A DNA stretch of 64,000 nucleotides from Nitrospirota bacterium (GTDB lineage Bacteria; Nitrospirota; Thermodesulfovibrionia; Thermodesulfovibrionales; SM23-35), in NCBI GenBank assembly GCA_013388435.1, contig JACAFE010000030.1, positions 65,974 through 129,973 on the forward strand. The letters are read 5' to 3'. The notes under the pieces were generated by a model, which searched no databases, was not told where the DNA came from, and saw only the letters and a program-made list of their open reading frames with translations. Below are positions 41,304-54,400 of this stretch, one piece after another (the stretch's first letter is position 1; the number at the start of each line of letters is the position of its first letter). The translations under genes and the position numbers were made by a program.

Positions 41304-42932
41304 ATGGCTAAGCAGTTAATTTTTGATGAAGCAGCAAGAAGCGCTATACTAAGAGGCGTTGCAATGCTTACTGACGCAGTAAAGGCTACATTAGGTCCAA
41401 AGGGAAGGAATGCAATACTTGATAAAAAATATGGAGCACCTACAATTACTAAAGATGGTGTTACTGTTGCAAAAGAAATAGAATTAAAGGACCCATGGGA
41501 AAATATGGGTGCTCAGCTTGTTAGAGAAGTTGCATCGAAAACATCCGATACAGCAGGAGATGGCACTACCACTGCAACAGTACTTGCACATGCGATATAC
41601 AGAGAAGGCATCAAAAATGTTGTAGCAGGCGCAAATCCCATGGATATTAAAAGAGGAATCGAAAAAGCTGTTGAGGTTGTAATCGAAGAACTTAAGAAAA
41701 TGAGCAAACCTGTTCAGGATAAAAAAGAAATTGCTCAGGTAGGTACAATATCAGCCAATAATGATTCATCAATTGGCGAACTAATAGCAGAAGCTATGGA
41801 CAAAGTTGGCAAAGACGGCGTAATCACAGTAGAAGAAGCAAAAAGCATGGCAACCACTCTCGATGTTGTTGAAGGTATGCAATTTGACAGAGGTTACATT
41901 TCTCCTTACTTTATAACCGACCCTGAAAGAATGGAATGTGTTCTTGAAGACGCATATATTCTTCTTCATGAGAAGAAAATATCAAGCATGAAAGATCTTC
42001 TCCCGATACTTGAACAGACCGCAAAAATGGGAAAACCTCTCATGATAATCTCTGAAGAAGTTGAAGGCGAAGCACTTGCAACATTAGTAGTAAATAAATT
42101 ACGCGGAACAATTCAAGTTTGTGCGGTAAAAGCTCCTGGATTTGGTGACAGAAGGAAAGCAATGCTTGAAGATATAGCTGTTTTAACCGGAGGCACAGTA
42201 ATTTCCGAGGATCTTGGAATTAAACTTGAAAATGTCAAACTAACTGATCTTGGAAGAGCAAAGAAAATTAATGTTGACAAAGAAAACACAACTATTGTTG
42301 AAGGAGCCGGCGATCCCGCAAAGATTCAGGGAAGAGTAAAACAGATAAAAACCCAGATTGAAGAGACAACTTCTGACTATGACAGAGAAAAGCTTCAGGA
42401 AAGACTTGCAAAACTCGTTGGTGGAGTAGCTGTAATCAATGTTGGAGCTGCGACTGAAACCGAGATGAAAGAAAAGAAAGCAAGAGTTGAAGATGCTCTC
42501 AATGCAACAAGAGCGGCTGTAGAAGAAGGTATAATACCTGGTGGTGGTGTTGCATTGCTAAGGTGTCTCCCGGCACTTAAAGGGCTCAAACTTGAAGGAG
42601 ACAAACAGATTGGTGTTGAAATCATAAGAAGAGCACTTGAAGAACCGATAAGACAGATTGTAAATAATGCCGGCCTTGAAGGTTCTGTAGTAGTTGAAAA
42701 AGTTAAGCACGCAAAAGAGCCGAATTTTGGATTTGATGCAGACAGCGAGGAATATGTGGATATGCTCAAAGCTGGAATTATTGACCCAACAAAGGTTACT
42801 CGCTATGCTCTTCAAAATGCAGCTTCAGTTGCTGCATTAATGCTTACAACTTCTGTAATGATTACTGATATTCCTGAGGAAAAACCCGAAGCGCCAATGC
42901 CTCCGGGCGGCGGAATGGGCGGAATGTACTAA
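41304..42932 (+). CDS. groEL: Chaperonin GroEL
   Basis: 542 aa with [11 protein letters not shown] and a C-terminal GGGMGGMY tail. Confidence 0.97.
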   Translation: MAKQLIFDEAARSAILRGVAMLTDAVKATLGPKGRNAILDKKYGAPTITKDGVTVAKEIELKDPWENMGAQLVREVASKTSDTAGDGTTTATVLAHAIYREGIKNVVAGANPMDIKRGIEKAVEVVIEELKKMSKPVQDKKEIAQVGTISANNDSSIGELIAEAMDKVGKDGVITVEEAKSMATTLDVVEGMQFDRGYISPYFITDPERMECVLEDAYILLHEKKISSMKDLLPILEQTAKMGKPLMIISEEVEGEALATLVVNKLRGTIQVCAVKAPGFGDRRKAMLEDIAVLTGGTVISEDLGIKLENVKLTDLGRAKKINVDKENTTIVEGAGDPAKIQGRVKQIKTQIEETTSDYDREKLQERLAKLVGGVAVINVGAATETEMKEKKARVEDALNATRAAVEEGIIPGGGVALLRCLPALKGLKLEGDKQIGVEIIRRALEEPIRQIVNNAGLEGSVVVEKVKHAKEPNFGFDADSEEYVDMLKAGIIDPTKVTRYALQNAASVAALMLTTSVMITDIPEEKPEAPMPPGGGMGGMY

Positions 42933-42959
42933 AAGAGAACCGATAGATTAAACAAGCAT

Positions 42960-42997
42960 ACAGGGGCAATCTGTTTGATTGCCCCTGTATATTTTTG
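42960..42997 (+). terminator. Rho-independent terminator after groEL
   Basis: 12-bp stem acaggggcaatc (42960-42971) / gattgcccctgt (42977-42988), 5-nt loop, followed by atatttttgt. Confidence 0.8.
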
Positions 42998-43019
42998 TAC
43001 AATAGGATACGGAGATAGT

Positions 43020-44513
43020 ATGGAACGTCTGGATGTTAAAAGCTTATCAAGAATAATAGCTACAGGCACAAAATTGATTTATATAAAGATACTAAGCGAA
43101 AAGCGCATTGAAAGAACTGTAAATCAAGCAATCAAACTAATTAAAGGTGCCGATAGTCTTTATATCTGGACATGTACAAAAGGCTTCAGCCGCGAAGGAA
43201 ATTTGATACCTGATACAGCCGACCCTTCAAAAGCGCTCGAAATAGCCATAAATGAACCTGAACCTGCTGTTTTTTTATTCAAAGACCTTTCATGGTTCTG
43301 GAAAGATAATCCATTCATAATCCGCAGGCTGAAAGATTTCGCTGTTCATGCCAGCCGTAAGGCTATTATTATTACAGGCCAGGATGAAAAAGTTCCAGAC
43401 CCCTTGCAGGAAGATATCTTTATGTTTTATCAAAGTCTTCCGACAATGGAAGAAATCACCAATTATTTATTCCATTTACAAAAAAACGATCCTTTTCTCT
43501 CTGCTGCAACAGAGCAAGATCCTGAATTAATTGGCAAACTTGCAGTAGTTGCAAGGGGACTTGATTTAACAGATATTGATTACGGGATACGCACCATGCG
43601 AGTCGCGGGTGATAAGAAAGGCGATTCAATTTTGCAGACTCTTTTCAGAACAAAACAGAAAATAATAAATGCAAGCGGAATCATGGAATTTGTTGAAAAT
43701 GATGTTAAGCCTGATCAACTCGGAGGCATGGAAAATCTTAAATACTGGATGGAACGAAGAGAAAAAGCTTTTGGCATCAAAAATATTTCTTCAGGTAAAA
43801 ATTTGCCAAAGGGTATTTTGATTATGGGGATTTCAGGATGTGGCAAGTCACTCTTTGTAAAAGTTCTGGCTGCAAGATGGCAATTACCTCTCATCCGCCT
43901 TGATATGTCTTCGGTCTATTCCGGAATTTACGGTTCTCCTGAATCAACTCTGAACAAAGCATTCAATACAGTTGAGGTAGTGGCACCGTGTATCTTATGG
44001 ATCGATGAGATTGAAGCTGGAATCAGTTCTCAGGGTTTCAAAGAAGAAGGAGGTGTTGCATCAAGAATTCTTGGTTCATTTCTTATCTGGATGCAGGAAA
44101 AAAAATCTCCGGTATTTGTTGCTGCAACTGCAAATGCGATAGAGATGTTACCCGCTGAAGTCATCCGCAAAGGACGTTTTGACGAAATCTTTTTTGTATC
44201 TCTTCCTGACAGGAAAGCCCGTGAAGAGATTTTCCGAATTCACTTATCAAAACTAAACGTTGAATTTAACGATAACGATATATCATTATTTGCAGAAGTT
44301 ACAGAAGGTTATTCAGGCGCAGAGATTGAACAGGCGGTTAAGACCGCTGCATTCGAGGCTCTTGCAGAGAACCGTAAAATCGTACAACATGATTTGATGA
44401 TCGCTTTCAGCCGCACAGTCCCTCTTTCAACAACAATGGCAGAGCAGATTAAAAAGATAGAAGCGTGGGCTTATAAACGCGCTGTACCGGCATCCGGGAA
44501 ATATAAGAAATAA
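43020..44513 (+). CDS. AAA+ family ATPase with an uncharacterised N-terminal domain
   Basis: Walker A GISGCGKS, Walker B ILWIDEIE, and an arginine region IRKGRFDE. I prefer ATG 43020 (GGAG 8 nt upstream) because the tracked start 42975 lies inside the groEL terminator. Confidence 0.8.
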   Translation: MERLDVKSLSRIIATGTKLIYIKILSEKRIERTVNQAIKLIKGADSLYIWTCTKGFSREGNLIPDTADPSKALEIAINEPEPAVFLFKDLSWFWKDNPFIIRRLKDFAVHASRKAIIITGQDEKVPDPLQEDIFMFYQSLPTMEEITNYLFHLQKNDPFLSAATEQDPELIGKLAVVARGLDLTDIDYGIRTMRVAGDKKGDSILQTLFRTKQKIINASGIMEFVENDVKPDQLGGMENLKYWMERREKAFGIKNISSGKNLPKGILIMGISGCGKSLFVKVLAARWQLPLIRLDMSSVYSGIYGSPESTLNKAFNTVEVVAPCILWIDEIEAGISSQGFKEEGGVASRILGSFLIWMQEKKSPVFVAATANAIEMLPAEVIRKGRFDEIFFVSLPDRKAREEIFRIHLSKLNVEFNDNDISLFAEVTEGYSGAEIEQAVKTAAFEALAENRKIVQHDLMIAFSRTVPLSTTMAEQIKKIEAWAYKRAVPASGKYKK

Positions 44514-44590
44514 TTTCAGGACATATTTTAGCATGATGCAGGCACTGAACAAATTTGACTATATATTTATAATTCTGTCATTCTAAGCTT

Positions 44591-45619
44591 ATGATAAAAA
44601 AAATAATTTATATAATCACAGGATTAATACTGTTAAGCTGTTCTTATATTATTTTTCAGCTTTTCGCTCCATTGCCTATTGGAAGTAAGAATATTGAAAT
44701 ACAAATACCAAAAGGCTCTACTTTCAGGCAGGCTGCTGATATTTTTGCTAAAGAGAAAATACTGCGTGACAAAAATCTTTTCCTATTTCTTGGCAGGATA
44801 ACAGGAATTGATAGAAAAATAAGAGCTGGATATTATTCCATTTATAGCTCAATGGATCTTTTTGATTTATTGAAAGTGTTAAGACGCGGTCAGATTATTG
44901 AGTATGAGATAACAGTAGTTGAAGGTGATTCCTTATCCGAGATTGCCAGTAAGCTCGAAGAAAAAAATATTATAAGCAAAGAAGATTTTAAAAAATTATC
45001 GACTGATAAAAATTTACTTGCTTACTTTAAAATTGATGCTCCCTCATTTGAAGGTTATCTTTTCCCCGAGACTTATAAAATCCCGAAAGGAATGGAGCCA
45101 ACTGAAGTGATTGGCATGATGGTTAGTAAAATGCGAGAAAAATTTTCTGAATCATTCAAACAAAGGGCGGATGAAATAGGTCTTTCTGAAAGAGAAATTC
45201 TGACACTCGCTTCAATAATTGAGAAAGAAGCTGCTGTTGATGAAGAAAGGCCTTTAATTTCAGCCGTATATCACAATCGTTTAAAAAAGAAAATGCCTTT
45301 ACAGGCAGACCCTACATCAATTTACGGGATAAAAAGCATGAAAGAGAAAATAACCTATGATGATCTCAAAAGACGAACCCCATATAATACATATATTATT
45401 AGAGGACTGCCACCAGGCCCGATTGCATCTCCGGGACTGAAATCAATAAAGGCTGCCTTATATCCAGCAAAAGTTGATTATTTATATTTTGTCTCGAATA
45501 ACGATAGAACTCATATTTTTTCAAAAAATATTGATGATCATCTAAAGGCAGTTAAAGAATATCGTAATAAGAAAAAATTGGAAAAAGAAGATAATGAATA
45601 TATTGAGAGCGCTGGTTAA
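44591..45619 (+). CDS. mltG: Endolytic murein transglycosylase MltG (YceG-like)
   Basis: 342 aa. N-terminal TM, a YceG pattern including LASIIEKEA (catalytic Glu region) and PGPI.SPG. Confidence 0.9.
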   Translation: MIKKIIYIITGLILLSCSYIIFQLFAPLPIGSKNIEIQIPKGSTFRQAADIFAKEKILRDKNLFLFLGRITGIDRKIRAGYYSIYSSMDLFDLLKVLRRGQIIEYEITVVEGDSLSEIASKLEEKNIISKEDFKKLSTDKNLLAYFKIDAPSFEGYLFPETYKIPKGMEPTEVIGMMVSKMREKFSESFKQRADEIGLSEREILTLASIIEKEAAVDEERPLISAVYHNRLKKKMPLQADPTSIYGIKSMKEKITYDDLKRRTPYNTYIIRGLPPGPIASPGLKSIKAALYPAKVDYLYFVSNNDRTHIFSKNIDDHLKAVKEYRNKKKLEKEDNEYIESAG

Positions 45620-45620
45620 C

Positions 45621-46673
45621 ATGAAAAAAAGAAAGAAAACTAAAATAATCAATGTCGGTGGTGTAAAAATTGGTGGGAACAATCCAATAGCTGTTCAGTC
45701 CATGACAAAGACAGATACTGCTGATGTTAAATCAACTATAAGACAAATACATTCACTTGAAAAATCTGGATGTGAAATTATCAGAGTTGCAGTGCCTGAC
45801 ATGAAAGCTGCCGAAGCTCTGGGAAGTATCAAGAAGAGAATTAATATTCCATTAATTGCAGATATTCATTTTGACTGGAGACTTGCACTCGAGGCTGTTA
45901 AACAGGGAGTTGATGGCCTCAGAATTAATCCAGGGAACATTGGAGCAAAATGGAAGATTAAAGAAGTGGTATCTGCTGCAAAGGACAACGGACTTCCTAT
46001 CCGGGTTGGAGTAAATGCAGGTTCTCTCGAAAAAGATATATTAAATAAATATAAACACCCTGTGCCTGAAGCTCTTGTGGAAAGCGCAGGCAGAAATATA
46101 GATATACTTGAAAACATAGGATTCAAATCTATCAAAGTATCCTTAAAAGCATCAGATGTTTCAACAACAGTCGATGCATACAGATTATTTTCAAAGAAAT
46201 ACAGGTATCCTTTACATATTGGGATATCAGAAGCAGGACCGCCTTCACAGGGAATAATAAAAAGTTCTGTGGGTCTTGGCATATTGCTCGATGAAGGTAT
46301 TGGAGATACAATAAGAGTTTCTTTGACCTCAGAACCCGAGGAAGAAGTCAGGGTAGCCTATACAATACTTGGCTCATTGGGATTAAGACAGAGAGGAATT
46401 AATATCATTTCCTGCCCAACATGCGGAAGAACAAAAATAAATCTTAAAGAACTTGTAAAAAAAGTTGAACAACATATAAAAAATATTAACAAGCCAATCA
46501 CAGTTGCTGTAATGGGTTGTGTAGTTAATGGTCCCGGAGAAGCAAGGGAAGCAGATATAGGGATCGCCGGTGGAAAAGGCAGAGGCATTATATTCAGAAA
46601 AGGTGAAATAATTAAAAGCGTAAAAGAAGAAGAACTCCTCGATTGTCTTATCGAAGAATTGTGTAAAATTTAG
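45621..46673 (+). CDS. ispG: 4-hydroxy-3-methylbut-2-en-1-yl diphosphate synthase (IspG/GcpE)
   Basis: RINPGNIG, and Fe-S ligand regions ISCPTCGR and MGCVVNGPGE. The start is probably ATG 45621 (MKKRKKTKIINVGG), just after the mltG stop. The tracked start is 45594. Confidence 0.93.
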   Translation: MKKRKKTKIINVGGVKIGGNNPIAVQSMTKTDTADVKSTIRQIHSLEKSGCEIIRVAVPDMKAAEALGSIKKRINIPLIADIHFDWRLALEAVKQGVDGLRINPGNIGAKWKIKEVVSAAKDNGLPIRVGVNAGSLEKDILNKYKHPVPEALVESAGRNIDILENIGFKSIKVSLKASDVSTTVDAYRLFSKKYRYPLHIGISEAGPPSQGIIKSSVGLGILLDEGIGDTIRVSLTSEPEEEVRVAYTILGSLGLRQRGINIISCPTCGRTKINLKELVKKVEQHIKNINKPITVAVMGCVVNGPGEAREADIGIAGGKGRGIIFRKGEIIKSVKEEELLDCLIEELCKI

Positions 46674-48287
46674 TCTTCTGCTTTTTCAAGTTCTTTAAGA
46701 AAAGCATCGTTACACATTAAATCAAGCACAACCTTTGACACACTTTTAATAACATCAGGCAGAAGTTCTCCTTTTTCCATCTTTGCAAGATCATTGTAAA
46801 TCACGAGAGAATTTAGAAAAATTGCTGACTGCCAAGATTTTTTAATAAACTCCTGTTTTTTCTTTGTCAGATGTTGCCTGTTTAAAAAATCGTGAAAAAC
46901 ATCGGCATCCATATTTATGAATATATCAACACCTTTACTGTCGCCGCTCGGGACAACTTTTGCGATATCTTCACCACACCAGGAAGAACCATCATCTTTT
47001 TTAATCTCAGCCCATGTTCTGCAACCTTCTTTTTTTTCTTTGTAAACAAGAACCGGTTGCGGAAGTTGATACTTTTTGATTTTTGCCAAAGAAGGCAAAT
47101 AAGGAAGCTTTATTTTACTGCCTGAATCTTTGGGCTCAACATACTTAATTCTAAATTCAACCACCAGTGGCTCAAAGTTGTGTCTCGTCAGCATAGCAAT
47201 AACATCTTTAATATCGCCAACCTTTGCTTTTCTGGAAGGAAAAAGTTTTGCGGTTATTCTGCCATTCCATATATGATAGGATTTCATCAGATCCGGATAT
47301 ATAATGAATGAGCCCTTTTCGCTCTCCCTGCTGAAATAATCATTAGGGGCATCGGTCTCAAATGTAATTCTTGCATATGAATTTATAGCAATTTGTTTAA
47401 TTTGTTGTCCTCTGACTTTCAAATAGGTTGGCATCCATTTGCCTGCATATTCCTTAGCAACTAAATCCCCAATATCAGAATCATCCTTTATATTTCCATC
47501 AGTTCCGAGATAACCAAGAATAGAACGATTCTTTTTAATTAACTTTGAAATAATTCCCTCTAAAAATCTGGTGTCTTCAGGATTCCTGGATATTTGTTCT
47601 TCCCTTCTTTTTTTATTGAGTTGTCTCAAGCCTTCATGTCTTCCTAATTCTTCGGCAAGCACAGCTTCAATTTCTTTTGATACCTCATTTTCACGCATTC
47701 TGTCTCTGGAAGGCATAAAAGTCTTTTCTCTTAAATTTGTTTCAACATCAGTGCAATCAATATGCACCAAAAGGGAATCCGCAAGATAATGAAGATTAGC
47801 CTTTGTCTTTAAAAATGACCTGCCTATAGTCGCATGTGTCTGACCATTAATAGTAAAGAAAATAGCATCATTAGGAGTGGAAAACTCTTCTCTGCCAGTG
47901 TCCTCTTTGAAAACAGAGACCTCGATAGTTCTTTTGCCAAATTTGCCTAACTCGGCTATTATAGGAAAAATCTCCACTCTTTATCCCAAAAAATACTTCA
48001 ACAGCTTCTTTCATTGTTCTTGGTGCATTTTTTGAATCAAGATTTCTTATTTTACATTCTTTCAAAAGAAGAGCATCTATAGAATTGATTGGTTTTTCAG
48101 CCAATGCAGCGATAGAATTTTTTGCCTGGTTATTTATTGTATTAAAATTGCCTTCATATCCGCCGTAAGGTCTCCAGTTAGATAAATCTATAAGGAATGG
48201 CTCAGAATCAATAATATCTTTTACTTCATATTCTGACTTTGCAGATATTAATTTAAATAACAATTCTTTTGAATATTCTTCATCCAT
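46670..48287 (-). pseudogene. Split gene: N-terminal piece with a GHKL N-box-like motif (PINSIDA) plus a large C-terminal piece. The frames rejoin across a homopolymer.
   Basis: ORFs 47871-48287 and 46670-47977 overlap in different frames. Removing one base from the A5 run at 47966-47970 (+ strand) gives a continuous ...EAVEVFFGIKSGDFPIIAELGKFGKRTIEV... reading of about 538 aa. The N-box-like ALAEKPINSIDALL is not followed by recognisable G1/G2 ATP-binding boxes. Confidence 0.45.
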
Positions 48288-48435
48288 GCTGATTTTAAAT
48301 ATTTATTTTTCAGTTTCTGCTCCAATTATTATAGAGCAATCTTCCTGATTTTGTTAACAGGTAGAATATTAGGTATTATTTATACATATTACGCTAAAAT
48401 AGAAATGTCCGCGTCATTTTAGGTAATATATATCT

Positions 48436-51400
48436 ATGACTTATAGAACAAATAAAAAAATACCCATCCTCCAAAATCAAATAATGCTTTCTATAGTTCT
48501 CCAGGGACGAAATGATGATTACATGGGGAATTTTGTATGGCGTCTTTCCACAAATATAAATAAACAGGCTAAAGATATTTTTAGTCTTGGCTATGAGAAT
48601 CAAGCTGAAATTATATTGACCGATTGGGGGAGTAAAGTGCCTCTTAAAAATGTATTAATGCTTAATAATGAAGCAAAGTCTCTTCTTCGGATAATAGAGG
48701 TTTTACCTGAAATAGCGAATAAATACAATCTTGATTCTCCTTATTCCTGTGTACATGCAATTAACACAGGAATAAGAAGATCTCTGGGGGAATATATTCT
48801 TTTCTGCGATGGAGACACTTATATTCCTACTGATTCAATGGAAAAGATTTTTAATCTTTTGAATAAAGGAAATTTAAATGGAACTCCTCTTGATAAACTT
48901 CTACTACTTGCATCACGTTATCACATACCTAAAACTTTTCAACAAAAAGAACCTGAAATCGAAGAGATAGATGATTATATCGAAAAAAATAAAAATATTC
49001 TTGCTCATGACAAAATTAATTTAGATAATTTCATGGGTACTGCCACAGCTTACTTAATGTCAAGGAATTTGTGGTTTGAATGCAGAGGCTTTGATGAAAA
49101 TCTCATTTATTGGGGTTGGTTTGATATAGATATTTTTTACCGCATAATTACTAAATATCCTGTTTTTGATTTTGAAGATTTTAAAATTCCATTTTTTCAT
49201 CTTGAACATTATAGTGATTCAAAAAACCGTTCACTTGAAAAAGAGAATCCGAGAAAAGCAAATCCAATGATTTATCCTTCATCATTTTTTAGTAATTCTG
49301 AGAAATGGGGGTTATTTTCTGAGAAATTGTCTGAAGCTTATTTATTTCCGATTATTTTTATACACAAAGGTGATAGTGATTATCTTACATACACCCTTCG
49401 CTGTGCAAAATTGTTTAATCCACAGGCAGAAATAATTTTGCTCGGTGATGAAACAAACGAACATTTCAAATCTCATGGCATTAAACACTATTATTATTCT
49501 GAATATGAAGGTGAAGAATCACATTTATTTGATTCTATATTTAAATATATTGCAGGCAAAGATCATCCTGGCAAACCATGGTGGGTGCATTTTGTTTTTA
49601 AACGCTGGTTTCACATTTATTATTTCACTAAAAAGCACAATATCAGCAGATTCTGGACTTTTGATTCAGACACAATGATTCTAACAGATTTAAGCAAGCA
49701 GGCTTTTAAATTCATTAAATTCGATTGTACCGAGCAATGTAATGGTTCATGCATGAATGGCTTAATAGGAAATTCAGTTATAGTTAAAGGGTATATTGAT
49801 CAAATAATTAATTTATTTCAGGATGAAGAATTTCTATTAAAGCAACAAAAAGAATTTGAGATAAAGACAAAATATGCTTTTACTGAGATGAGAGCATATG
49901 AAATATTTAGACAAAAAGAGGGTATTCAAACAATCAGGCTTAACTCAATAATCAATGATGAAACCTTTGATGATTGTATCTGTCAACAGCATGAAATGGA
50001 AATAGAAGGAGGGGTTAAGAAACTTTATTTCATAAATAATGGAATTTACCTCAAACACATTCCAACACAGAAATTAATTAAAGCTAATAGCCTTAATATG
50101 AGCTGGGTGCCTGTTTCATTTATAAAACAGGTTTATGATATTGTAAGCGAGAAGAAACAAATCCCCTCACAACAATCTTCAGAAAAAATATTTACCCAAA
50201 AATATAATGATTTACCGATACATTTTTTTACAATAGTACTTAATGGAGAACCATTCATCAGGCATCATATAGAAGTATTCAAACAACTGCCTTTTAAATG
50301 GCACTGGCATATTATTGAAGGGGTAGCGGATTTAAAATATGACACAGCATGGAGTTTGAAATACGGTGCAAGAATTACTGATGAAATTCATAAAAATGGT
50401 TTAAGCAATGATGGAACAACAGAATATCTTGATACTCTTATAAGAGAATATTCTGAAAATATAACTATTTACCGTAAAGAAGGCGGTAATTTCTGGGATG
50501 GGAAACTCGAGATGGTGAATGCTCCACTGAAAAACATTAACGAAGAATGTTTACTCTGGCAAATTGATGCTGATGAATTATGGACTGTAGAACAGATATG
50601 CACTGCCCGCACATTATTTATAAATAATCCGGAAAAAACAGCTGCTTATTACTACTGTCATTATTTTGTTGGTGAAAAACTTGTGATTGCTTCACGAAAT
50701 ACTTATGGCAATCATACTGATTATGAATGGTTACGAACATGGCGTTATATTCCAGGCGATTGCTGGATGGCGCATGAACCTCCAAAATTATATAGAAAAA
50801 TTCATAATGAACAATGGATTGATATAGCCTCAATCAATATATTTAAACATAATGAAACAGAGGAACATGGACTGGTTTTCCAGCATTATTCATATGCTAT
50901 AGAAGAGCAGTTATTTTTCAAAGAGAGATATTTCGGTTATTCAGGAGCAGTAAATAAATGGAAACTTCTTCAGTTGCAGACTCACTTTCCAACATTATTA
51001 AGACATTTTTTTAACTGGGTTGAAGACAACGCTCTTGTAGATACAGTTGAAGCATTAAATATAAAACCACTGGCATTAAAAGAAGTTGACGGAAAATGGC
51101 ATTTCAGACAGCATGAACTGACTGAACAAAAAACTGCTTCTGACAAAACAAGGTTGCAAATCCAGAAAACAGAAAAAAAACGATTTAAATCCGGACAAAA
51201 CATCCTCTGGATACGTACAGATGCAATTGGCGATGCTGTCTTATCAGCCTCAATGTTGCCTTTTATTAGGGAGAAGTATCCCGAAGCAAACATAACAGTT
51301 GTTTGCCAGAAGCATCTTGCAGAAATTTACGAGCCTTCTCCTTTTATTGATAGAACAATAGTTTTTGATAAAAAGCTTCTTTTTGATGATAAAAATTATC

Positions 51401-54400
51401 TTAAAGCTATACTCAGAGAGATTCAGGATATTAATGCTGATATCGCCTTTAATTCGGTTTATTCTCCTGAGCCTGTAACAGATATTCTTACTATCGGAAG
51501 TGTAGCAAAAGAAAAGATAGGACTTGAGGGTGATTTGTCAAACATTCCGGCTGATTTTAGGGAAAAAAGCATAAAACAATACACAAAACTTATTAAAAGT
51601 GAAGGAATATTTAAAAATGAACTTGAAAGGCACCGGGATTTTCTTAAAGGTATTGATATTAATTCAACAGATCTAAAACCGGTTATATGGTTAACAGAAG
51701 AAGATGAAAAATATGCTGACAATTTTTTTAAAATACGCAATATCGTTCCTGAAAAAACAATTATTCTTTCCAGTTGTGCTCAGTTTATCATAAAGTACTA
51801 TCAACATTATGGAATTGCTTTATCAAAGATATGCAAAGAAAACGATTTCACTGTAGTCGCAGTAGGTGCTGATCATGAAAGAGAGAGAAATCAATACAAT
51901 CTTAATATGATAGGAGCACGCACAATTAATCTCTGCGGCCAGACTACTATCGGACAGACTGCTGCTCTGGTCAAGAGAAGCCGATTAAGTGTCGGTGCGG
52001 ATTCAGCTATTAATCATATCGCCTGTGCTGTTGGTACTCCTAATGTTGTTGTTCTTGGAGGAGGACATTTTGGCAGATTCTTTCCTTATTCTCCTCTAAC
52101 TACTGTAATTTGTCGTCCAATGCAGTGCTACCAATGCAACTGGTCTTGCAAGTTTCCAAGACCTTATTGCATCCAGAATATTTCTTCAATGAGTTTATCT
52201 GAAGCGATAAGGGAAACATTAAATGGAATTTCAGACAGACCAAGAATATTTTTTGAAACTGAAGCAATAAAAGATATATTTCAAGGAAAGGATTATTGGA
52301 AATGGTTTGGAGAGTATATTAAATTCATGTCAGCAGATTTAATACCTATTGAAAAAAGTTCTGAATCAATGGAAAAAACAACTGCTGCTTCTGGAAAAAT
52401 TGAAACAGGAATCAGTTCAAAAATAAATGAAAATGCAATCCTAAATGGAGGATTTATTGCAACAACATTTAAAGCCGGATTATGCAATAGAATATTTGAA
52501 TGGACAATTATGCGTGAAATAAGCGAAAAATACTGCATGACCATTCTTGTTGATTGGGAAGAAGTAAAGGATGGTTCAATAATATTGCCTGATACAAAAT
52601 ATTTTGATCTGTCAACTGCATCTTCAGACATTGCAAATACATTTATTCCTATAAGAACTGACCTGCCTTATATAAACTCACTTGATGATCTCAAAATTGA
52701 AAAAAACAAAAATTATATTCTTGTATGCGATTGGAATTATAAGAGAAGTCTTACAGATGAAAAGAAACGAATAAATGAAATTCAAATCAGTAAAAAATAT
52801 TCTGAAAAAATTAATGATTTTTTAAAAAAATATGGAGAACAAATTATTATTGGTATTCATGTCCGTAAAGGTGATTATATTCCTTCAGACAAATTTCTCT
52901 TGTCAGACGATGGGAAATTATATCGACTACCTGATTGGTGGTATATCCATATTTCAAAACAGATTTTAAATCAAATGCCAGATGCAAAGTTCTTTCTTGC
53001 TACAGATGCCACTGAAGAAGAGAAAGAAATATTCAAAAAGAATCTTCCAATAATATCAATTTCTGCCGACAAAGATACCCCTCGTCTTGATATACTTGAA
53101 CTTTTTACTCTTTCAAGACTCCCTGCAATTATATGTTCTATCTCAACTTTCAGCATATTTGCCAGAGATTATGGCAGAGAAAAAGTTTCAATCTGGCCTG
53201 AAAAATCTGTTCAGGATATTAGCAATGAGATCGAAAAGCTAAAGAGCATATCTCCGCTTCTTCCTTTTGAAACAAGTTGCACAATATCTTTACCCAGATT
53301 TTCTGTAGTTACACCTTCATATAATCAGGGACAGTATATTGAGAAGACAATTCTTAGTGTTCTCGAGCAGGAGTATCCTGATTTCGAGCACATAATAATT
53401 GACGGAGGCTCTACTGACAATACACTGGATATTCTTAAAAAATATCCTCATTTGAAATGGTTATCAGAAAAAGATGAAGGACAATCGGATGCATTAAATA
53501 AAGGATTCCGAATGGCTGACGGCGACATAATAGCGTGGATTAATTCAGATGATTGGTATGAGCCCGAAGCCTTCGTTTCAGTTGCAGAATGGTTCAGCAA
53601 AAACCCGGATAAAAACATTGTCATGGGTGACTGCAATCTAATAGACCAGAATGGGAAAATATTCTATACTGCTGAAAATTATGAGCGCGGGTTTGAAGAG
53701 ATGAGCCGTTTCTGGATAACAGGCTCTATCCCAACACAGCCGGCAATTTTCTTCAGAAGAAAATTACTTGACGAATATGGCTATCTTGATAAATCACTCA
53801 AATATGCTATGGATTATGACCTCTGGATTAGATTCTCTAAGAATAACCGTTTTTATCATATTGAAAAAATTGTTGCTAATTACCTTTTTCATGAGAATTC
53901 AAAAGGCGGAATCCGTCAGGATTGGAACAAATTCCTTCCAGATTGTAAGAAAGTATTCAAAAAACACGTGCTTTCTCAAAGACCACCAGAAGTGTCTGTT
54001 GTAATAGCCTGTTATAATCAGGCTGTTTTTTTACCAGAAGCAGTTGAAAGCGTTATAAACCAGATATATCAAGATTTCGAAATAATTATCGTAAACGATG
54101 GAAGCACTGATGATACCCAACAAACTGCTGAAATGCTTGCTAAAAAATATCCTGATAATATCATAAAAATAATAAACCAAAAAAATATGGGTGTTTCCTC
54201 AGCAAGAAATGCTGGAATTAAAGCTTCGATGGGGAAATATATTCTGCCTCTGGATGCCGATGATATGCTTCATCCTGATATGCTATTAAGAACAACCGGC
54301 CTCCTGGATACACACCCTGAAATAGGAATAGCATATACCGATGTTCAAAAATTCGGAAAACTGGAAGAATACTGGCAGTCATGGGACTGGGATCTAAACA

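Noticed and set aside
41513-42815. Several minus-strand ORFs (64-124 aa) inside groEL
   Set aside because: They are antisense shadows of a highly conserved gene, and the translations are Ala/Ser/Thr-rich nonsense.
42975-43019. Tracked upstream start of the AAA+ ATPase ORF
   Set aside because: These 15 codons overlap the groEL terminator hairpin and T-tract. ATG 43020 has a GGAG at a suitable distance.
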